Shown in pieces: positions 55,529-64,000 of a stretch of 64,000 bases of DNA. Position 1 is the first letter of the stretch. Each line of letters begins with the position of its first letter. This DNA comes from Botryllus schlosseri (taxonomy: Eukaryota), in the NCBI GenBank assembly GCA_051294905.1, contig CM119381.1, forward strand, positions 24,986,001 through 25,050,000, read 5' to 3'. The notes under the pieces were generated by a model. It was given only the letters and a program-made list of their open reading frames with translations. It was not told the DNA's origin and did no database searches. Both the position numbers and the translations under genes were made by a program.

Positions 55529-58277
55529 AGGAGCTCATGCACCGCAAACGGAAAAGCGCATAAATTGGAGTTCGCAGACCACGCGCTACAAACGAGCGAA
55601 GTTTGTCGCGGACTTTGGGCATGCAGGAGAGTCGGCACCGAGAGACAAAAGACCGTGGAGAAAGCATCTCGCTTTCGCATCCGGGTGGGCAATGCATCGA
55701 AAAAGACAAGACGTGTGCCAAAGCCGACATCACTCTAACACCCTTGTATTTCTGCTTGTAATGCACAAAAAATCCGCACAGTGCGTACAAAAACAGCATG
55801 GATAGAGACGCCAATAATATTGGCGAGCTTCATTGACATTGATCTAGTGGGGCGATATGCACCATGGGCATGTTTTGATAAAGCAGACTGTCGGCCGAAG
55901 CTTAGAAAGTCTAACTATTCATAACAGATATCCATGATACGTGAATTTTGTTGGGACTTTTTTACACGGTATATTTACTACATATGATTCATAACGCTTT
56001 GAAATATCAAAATCTTTCAACTCGAATTTTCCAAGTGTTAGTTGTAAAAGAATAGCAGGAAGTAAGATAGCTGCAAAGACGAGAGCTCCGTTCACTTCCT
56101 TGTTGGTCATAGTATGGTATCTGAATATACCAAGTATCTACGTCTGTTCCGCGATTTCACTCGTTTTTACGCAACCAAACTACGTAACATAACACTGAAC
56201 ACATGTTTGAACTTTCCAGGTCAATATTATTGATATAACGTCATGATAAGCGACATACCACATTACTCGACTCCGAAACGAATTACACAGACACTCCATT
56301 TTGCCGAGGACTATTTATGATGCGAAGTATTACTCGCCATCACTTCAACGGCCGATTGATGATTACGTTAATTAGGAAATATGCATCGAGTTATCATCTG
56401 CGGCTACATTGGACACAGTTGACTATGTCACTGGTCTTGCTCTAGCCAACTTTCGAGCCAATACCACGTAGAAGTGGTGGAAGCTGGTCAATTTATTGTT
56501 TCCAATCGGAAATGCGTGATGACTTGGCATGTACTTCTTTTTCGCAATTGGTCCTCCTTTACAGCTTTGAGAGTCAGGCAACTGGGGTTGCGGCAACAGC
56601 GTTTTAGAAATATGCGGTTTAAAAATGTTTTTCGTTTTCAAACGTCTAATTATGCTATGACTGTGTAAATAATTTCGAAAAACATGTAGTATGAGCGTAT
56701 CACATACGATTTGCTATCAATAGAGTCGGCTTATACGATGTTGGGTGGCTGGCAGACATGGCGTGATTACTTCATGAATGTAATCGATTGTGATTACGAT
56801 TACTTCTGAACCATGCGAGTAGTCGATTACGATTACTTTGGAAAAGTAATCACGATTACTATTTTGCTTCTTAGAACTTATCTTTGGAAGGCAATATAAC
56901 GATTGCGATGAAAAGGCTTCATGAGAGAAGTTTATTTTTTATTTTTAAACGAGACGTCATGACGTTATTTGCTGTTCATGTCATAATATACCCATTGCAT
57001 GGTTCATAGAAATAGGCATTTCGATGCCGGCCAATACCGCGCCGCGACACACCAAGACGTCCTACCTTGGCCGAAACTTTGTGTATTTGTCCATTGTCCA
57101 TAGCCGCGCTGGATGGACGCGACGAATAGTCCTGTCTTCTCAATCTAAGTCCCACAATACAAATACCACCCGGCGCACCCACTGAGGAAGATGATACCTT
57201 ATGGGCCCATGTGTAGAAATGACAATTTCTGGGGTCGTCTCACGAAAGGTTTTCATTTAGTTTGGGCGATTCCAATATATTTTGAGTTTTGACTATATAG
57301 CAGACGGTAGGTCACGAATTGACAACATAAAATAAAGTAACAAATTACGTGCCCTGAATTTTCACGCTGGGCGCAGCCTGACAGCAAATCCATATCGCAT
57401 CAAAGCGTGTATCTCAACCGTCAGAAGTTTCATTGATCACCCTCTGGGGGCCCAAGTCGGCCATTTTAGGGGGCGAAATGCTGTTTCGGTCCTGATTCTG
57501 GTTGCAACCCACACTAACATGGTGTGTACTTGTACGCGGATGGCTATAGTGGCAGATCCAAATTTTGAGTATAAAATTGTGAAATAGCGATTGGTGCCCG
57601 TTTTAATTAGGGCCGTATGAGAATAAGATAAAGTAAACATAAAATTTTGCCTATAATCCACTTGATACAGATATTTCGAGCTGCCGTTATACGAGTAACG
57701 GCAAATAACGGCTCGGTTATGATTTTTTATCAGTAGCCGTTGGTTTTTAATGCTTCGATGCAGACATGGGGTGATTACTTCATAAATGTAATCGAATGCG
57801 ATTACGATTACTTCGGAATCACGCGATTACGATTACGATTACGATTACAACAAAATCAGTGAGTAGTCGATTACGATTACGATTACATTGGAAAAGTAAT
57901 CACGATTACTCACGATTACATTTATTTTGCTTCTCAGAACTAATCTTGGCCGATATATTGGAAGACAATGTAAGGAATTACGGATTGCGATGAACAGGCC
58001 TAATGAGATAACAGCTTTGTTTACAAATGATAGTCATTTGCTTGTTATATCATAAGGTACCCATTGCCCAACTTTATAGGGGACGATTTATCGCACGCAT
58101 AGATTTGCATTCGTGCCAGGTTCGTAACTGTCGCAGCCTAAACTCCCCAATAGGGTGGGGAGCGAGCTAGAAGGAGTCTTAAAAGTATTTCATACATCAA
58201 CATAAATTGGAGTATTTTCGAGAGATTCAATTAACTTGAAAATTTTCTTCGAGCTTGGCGATTTAATGTAATGAGAT

Positions 58278-59727
58278 CAGCGGTTCTCAACCTTTTTGGA
58301 CATGCGCCCCCTTGGCGATGATCAAAAAAATTGCGCTTCCTAACCCATACTGTAATTATCGTCATGTCAAAAAGAGCACATCATCTAATACAGAGGTAGG
58401 CAACCTTTTTGCTAATCACGGCCACATTTCGACTACTTATGCGCCGAAGTCACGAGTAGCAATGTTATAAAGAGTTGCTGGGGCTGAATATTGTCGCGAA
58501 ATTTTTCAGAAAAATCACGAATGAATTCCGTAATTAATAGTAGGCCTATAGCAGTATCACATATTACTATCAAATATTTATCCTTTCTTAGCCCATGTGA
58601 TCCGATTCACCGGTAGAGTTTATGGAGGTGGTGATTTCGAAAATTTAGGGAAATTTATAAATGATAATGCATCTTCGGGTTGGCCAATTGGGATTAGTCA
58701 CTTCATTGCATGCTGTTATTTCTTGAGCCCCCATCAGGATTGTCGATTGTATCGGTAGTGGAAATATATTGAAATCGTCCAAATGTGCCATAAAAAAATT
58801 TCTATAGTGAGGAGCACACGATTCCGACTCACATTGAGAAGGGTGCTACTATATTAAAATCGATAAATGAAGTAATGTTGAATTGCGCGGAGTGCGAAGA
58901 AAAATTCAAGATTAATTAAAATCTCTCAAAATGTCGGGAGTGAATTAGTAATTTCAATTTGCATGTCGACGGCCGCCAACACATATAGGCCAACTAATTG
59001 AATTAGGTTTCGACGGCCGTGCAATTTCCCTTCTACGGTCGCAGGTTGCCCATCCCTGATCTAATAGTATAGATATGGTATGTCTTACGCCAAGTTTGAA
59101 TCCGCATTCCAGTTTTTGAGTCTTTAACATATCTGACAAATTTCCCTAAACCTGTTTGAAAATAGCAAAAAACATTGAACAGGACATCAATTAATTTCAA
59201 GGTAGGTTGCACTGAGACTAATCCTAATGCTGGTAGTGACTACAGAGAACACGGCGTCGTTCTATACTGCCATGCTAAGCTTGATCAGTATTGGAATTGA
59301 ATTAAATTGTGCTGATTTAGGGTAGCCTAATTGAGGGCGAAACCGGGCAACCTATATTGCATTCAAGTCTGTCTTAGGCAGTGCAGTTCGCCAGCTATCA
59401 ACAACAGCTACCCAGCGCACCGAGCTTTAGGCTACTGCCAAAGCTATGAAGTAATGAATGACTTACACGTGGGAATTGCTCTAAATCTTCAAAGAAGATC
59501 AAAAATTTGCTCAAACGAAGTTGAAATCAGCCTATACTCCGTTGATCGCGACTGCTGGAGTTTGAATTTGGCGAGTTTTCTTGAATACGAAACAAGTTTC
59601 ATCTTCAACAATCGTTTTCTTAGAATGGTTGTGAAACACATGTTGAGTCAGAATTCATACAGACTTTGTCAATTTCCCGCGCCCTCCCCCCTGAGAGCCT
59701 CCCGCGCCCCCAGGTTGGAAACCACTG
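58278..59727. mobile_element. CAGTGGTT-type element inside inner D
   Basis: cagcggttctcaacc ... ggttggaaaccactg; TSD only 4/8 (aatgagat/ctctagat), so the pairing of ends is uncertain. Confidence 0.55.
58391..59058 (+). mobile_element. Family F MITE
   Basis: Perfect TSD ATCTAATA; colinear with 19194-20661. Confidence 0.9.
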
Positions 59728-61808
59728 CTCTAGATAGCTTGATTTTGAAATGCATACCTCTCCGCCTCAATAAAAAGCATGCATGGTTTATAGGAATATA
59801 CATTTCGATGCCGGTCATTACAGCGCCACGACACACCAAAAGACATATGCAGTTTCGGACAACGTGCGACTCCACGAAGTGTGCTACCAAAGACCTTGGT
59901 CGTGTCCAATGTAAATAGTCGCGCTTGGGTGGCGTGACGAATAGTCCTGTTCTTCCAATCTCAGTCCCACAGAACAAATGCCACCCGCGGCACCCACAGA
60001 AGAATGAAGACATGACAATTTGTGTGTGCGTCTCACGAACGTTTTTGTTAGTCTGCTGCGTTTGGCGACTACAATATCTTTTGATTATATAACAGACGGG
60101 AGGTAACGAATTAACAACGTACAATTAAATAATTATACCAACATATCAGATGTTATTATTATGAAGCACGTGCCCCCAGCACAACCGGTAAATCTGACCA
60201 TTGGGGGCTGTGAGAGTAGTAATATAATGCAGTTACCATTTACCAATATTATTCACAAAATTTAGTCATTAACTTGAGAATTGACTAGGACCACCATATG
60301 GGGGCCCAAGACCAACGTTTAGAGAGGGGTCCTGATTGTCACTACAACTCACGCTTCAACATGGTGTATAAGCGAATGGCTATCCCGGTAGGTTCAAATG
60401 TTGAGTAAAGAATTGCGAAGTAACGATTGGCCCCGTTTCAAATACAGTCATATGAGAACAGGATAATGTGAACATAAAATTCTGCATTTCACTTAATACA
60501 GATGCTACACAAGCTGCCGTTACGAAAAACAGCTCGATTATGATATATATCAGCAGCTGTTGATTTGATGCTTCGTCATGGATATCATAATGTTTCATTT
60601 GACGAGTACAAAATATAAAATCTTTGTCGGGTGTTCTTACATACGTACAATTACATAGGCCTACACTACTGCTCGCCAAGCGGCAACGGCCAAACTGCGT
60701 TCAACTATAGATTACTGACTTACCGTAGCCGTAGGTTGGCAATCTATAGCTTAATTAGGCATAACCTTACATCTATACATAGGTTACTATTTGAAACTAG
60801 GAAGAGTGTTGATTATTTTCCCGTTGTGAGGTAAAGGCGTCTGGAGTGCATTGATATACCCTGATATACAGCATGGTGGATGTTCTTACAATCCAGCTAC
60901 AATTGTACATCCAATATCTGTTTACTACACGTGGATACTTCTTACGCAATGACGAGCAAGGCTAATACTTCTGACATAATAATGAGCAGTGGCGTTTGAA
61001 AATCAGTCGTTTGTGCTATCACTAACCTGGTATAATATCTCTTCTTTGTTCACAAATGTTCAGTTTATGTCATAGTCCTTGTACAAATAAAAAGTAATCG
61101 TTCTTTCTCAAAGAAATCGATTAGATATGGGAAGTACTCGATTACGATTACGATTACTTTGGAATTTTTTCGAAAGTAATCGATTGCGATTACGATTACT
61201 TGAAAATGCTGTAATCGTCGTAATCGATTACGATTACTAATCGCGATTACCCCATGTCTGCTTCGATGTTGAAATCGTCATGTTCTATCTGACGAGTGCA
61301 AAATTTCAAACCTTTTTCCTTACTGCTTACTGCTCGCCAATCAGCAACGGTCAGACTTCGTTTACTTAAGCATACCAAAACATCACTACTTACGTTGCTA
61401 TTTGAAAATAGGCAGAGTGGTGAATATTAAACTGATATAATAAGCCATAGCGGGTGTTCTTACAATCACAGTATTATCATGTACAATGTACATTGTACAT
61501 TGTACTGACATCGAATATCTATTTACTTCATGCGGATAATTCGTTACGCAATGACGAACCAAGCCGGTACTTGTGACGCAATAATGAGCAGTGGCGCTTG
61601 AAAATCCGATGTTTCTGCTATCAATTATCCGTTTTAAATCATTGTTCACGAATGTTTAGTTTATGTCATGGTCATTGCAGGAATGAAAAGTAATCGTTCG
61701 TTCACAAAGAAATCGATTAGATATGTGAAGTATAGTCGATTACGATTACTTCGGATTTTTTTCGAATGTATTCGATTGCGATTACGATTATTTGGAATTG
61801 CTGTAGGT

Positions 61809-62948
61809 TAGGGTTACCATATTTCTGTGATACAAATTCCGGACACCCTTTAGCGCCCACTAGCGGATTTAAAAATGAGTTATGACGTCACACTAGCAAA
61901 GCTTTGCTGATAGACCAGAGGTCGTCACGATCCGGTTCAGGAGTATGTGGCTGTGTGTTGTGTAACCGGGACCGAAAGCACATGTTCTCAGTCCTTTCCC
62001 GCCCAAATCAACAATGATTTTGAGCCCACCATAGGGTAATCGATGCAACTTCTGGGGGGGGGGGTGGGTGGTGGGTGGCTTGCTATATGAATCTGGTTCC
62101 TATGTGCATCATGTCGTTAAATTTTTTGAATGAATTCTGTCAATAATATTGGTTGTACGCTTGTTCAATATATTACTATAGATAGTTACTATACTCTTCG
62201 CCCACATGAGTTAGCGGTAGAGCTGGTGGTGGAGGATGGTGATGAAAATACAGGGAGCGTAATTGTGCATCGTGAAGTCCGATAAGATCGTTTATCAGTC
62301 TTATGCCGGTGCGCACCACGGAGCTTTATAAACTCCCCACATCCAGTGGTTTCCAACCTTTTATAGTCGCAACTCCATCTCCAATTTGAAAATGTTCCGT
62401 GGCCCAGATCAAAATTTGACGAGCTGATTACTAATAGAAGTCAGCACCTTTGTCCGGACTTACTCACGGGCTATATTGGAAGCTGATTACGTTCAACATA
62501 TTCGCGAACCCCAGAATAAAGGCAAACGACCTCCACGTTTGGAACCACTATCTTTGAATAAAACATTTAAACGGCCTTAACGATCTCTAGGAATATACCA
62601 TTCTCCTATAATTGCGACTACAATTAGGTTTATTCCAGTAAATGAAGGTTGTTTTTATTTATATTTTATTGCAGTTTTTGCGAGGGTGGGGTACTGGGGT
62701 AGTCTTCATACTAAAATCAACAAATGTGATGGTGAATCGCGCGTAGCGCGAAGAAAAATATCATGCATCAGTATAAATATTCCCCAAAATAATGTTTTTA
62801 TGTTGATTTACGAAAAAATTATGAGCCTACGTCGTCAAATCTTCAAAATTCCGGACATTTGGCATATTTTAGAAATTCCTCCCGGACGCTAGTTTGAACA
62901 GTGAAATTCCGGACTTGTCCGGGAAATTCCGGACGTATGGCAACCCTA
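61809..62948 (+). mobile_element. Family E element in the 3' subterminal array of outer D
   Basis: TIR tagggttaccata/tatggcaacccta; perfect TSD CTGTAGGT. Confidence 0.92.
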
Positions 62949-63503
62949 CTGTAGGTCTAATCGTCATAATCGATTACGATTACTAATCACGCCCAAGTCT
63001 GGTGGCTGGAACCCTCGAAATCGTCATCGGTTCAACAGTTACAGCAAGTAGATATGGATCATTGGTACGGAATAAGTGTTCTGATGATGAAGACCGCCGA
63101 CCGTAAAAACGCTGCATAACGATTTAGTCCCAGTTATATATATTTCCGGTCTGTCTGTGACAGTGGTCAGAAGAACTTTCGTCGAAGGAGCCATATTTAC
63201 CCTATATTTTCAATTGTCAATGCCAATCCATTGTGACGTCTAATCCATCATGCGTGGGGACGGGCCCTTCGGGAGGCGAGTCGGAAAACTCACCTTTTTT
63301 AGTGAACCCTTCAATATTAGCAGTATTATTTCCAAAGTACCTGTTTAATGAGTGCTACTCCATATTTTGTGACTTGTAAAATAAGTCCTCTTTCGGATAT
63401 CAGAATGGTAACCCTAGAATGTTTGGATTACTGTACAACTTTGATGTTTATCACAAGGTAGAACCTGATAAGGTGGGCTATACTTCCGCAAATTGGAACT
63501 TAC

Positions 63504-63915
63504 GAAAGCCGTATGTCGAAGAGGAACTTCGTACCATCCCTTCTTAGAGGTCCGGAGTGTTGTAAAGAATGGTGGGAAAAATGAGGTTCATACCTGGTGC
63601 AATATACATCCTTTTACAAATCGCCATTGTAGCCTTCTAAAAGTCGACAAGCAAGACCCGTTTACTGTTGTTTAAATATTAGTTTATTGATATTGAACAA
63701 AAGTCTATTGAATTCAAACCAAACATAATTTAAAGTTAACGTAAACCCAACGATATTTCGCCCTTCAACGGGCCCCTGACGCAGCATGTTTATTCCGGAC
63801 ACCAAAACGGCACCACGACAATATCGTGTCATCAAAGGTTGCAATCTTGGTATTTTTGATTTGACCCGTCTTCTGTAAATCAACAAAGTAAGCAAGGCAT
63901 TTAAGAGAATAACCA
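63504..63915 (-). CDS. Speculative exons of a gene entering from the right edge (hydrophobic VVILLNALLTLLIYRRR; small exons 63636-63594, 63542-63504)
   Basis: ttcag acceptor, TM-like segment plus basic cluster, ccag|gtatga and ttc|gtaagt donors, 51-nt intron; chain not fully resolved. Confidence 0.25.
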
Positions 63916-64000
63916 CTGAAAGTAGAATCACGTCGCATTTTGCGCATACAGTGTGCAAAAATCAGACTATTCCTACGCGGAACCAGTCGCCGAGGTACAT

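Larger units (their letters stand above)
57761..61260 (+). mobile_element. Family D element, inner copy (self-insertion)
   Basis: TIR cagacatgggg/ccccatgtctg; perfect TSD CTTCGATG; interior colinear with the outer copy. Confidence 0.92.
56753..63001 (+). mobile_element. Family D element (TIR cagacatgg/ccaagtctg; GATTAC arrays), outer copy
   Basis: Perfect TSD GTGGCTGG; flanks resemble the family H interior. Confidence 0.9.

Noticed and set aside
59331-60124. 195-aa and 151-aa ORFs
   Set aside because: Span nested MITE junctions inside family D; not conserved in the outer D copy.
56753-63001. GATTAC, GAAGTA, CGAGTC and GTGAAC arrays as CRISPR-like or satellite repeats
   Set aside because: Short irregular motifs confined to element ends between TIRs; these are hAT subterminal repeats. 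No repeat-spacer structure, no cas genes, eukaryotic context.

Overview
AT-rich eukaryotic (animal) genomic DNA with spliceosomal genes. Short 50-70 nt introns and a dense MITE load suggest an invertebrate such as an ascidian, but this is inference and cannot be verified from the window. Three multi-exon genes can be reconstructed by hand. Gene A (minus, exons 12806->996, incomplete at both ends) and gene B (plus, exons 19006->38325) are head-to-head paralogues. They encode Cys-rich LDL-receptor class A (LDLa) repeat proteins and share seven exons of identical phase. Gene B has about 11 LDLa-like modules and apparently ends in a short hydrophobic tail with no LRR, EGF or 7TM part. Gene C (plus, about 47087-55528) encodes an unknown protein with an acidic segment and degenerate LRR-like repeats, a duplicated exon and two candidate microexons. 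Introns and intergenic DNA are packed with non-autonomous hAT-type elements (8-bp TSDs, several nested 3-4 deep), a tRNA-derived SINE family, a 618-bp fold-back element and a decayed THAP/P-element transposase. Most entries in the ORF track are spurious. No rRNA, true tRNA or CRISPR array is supported.
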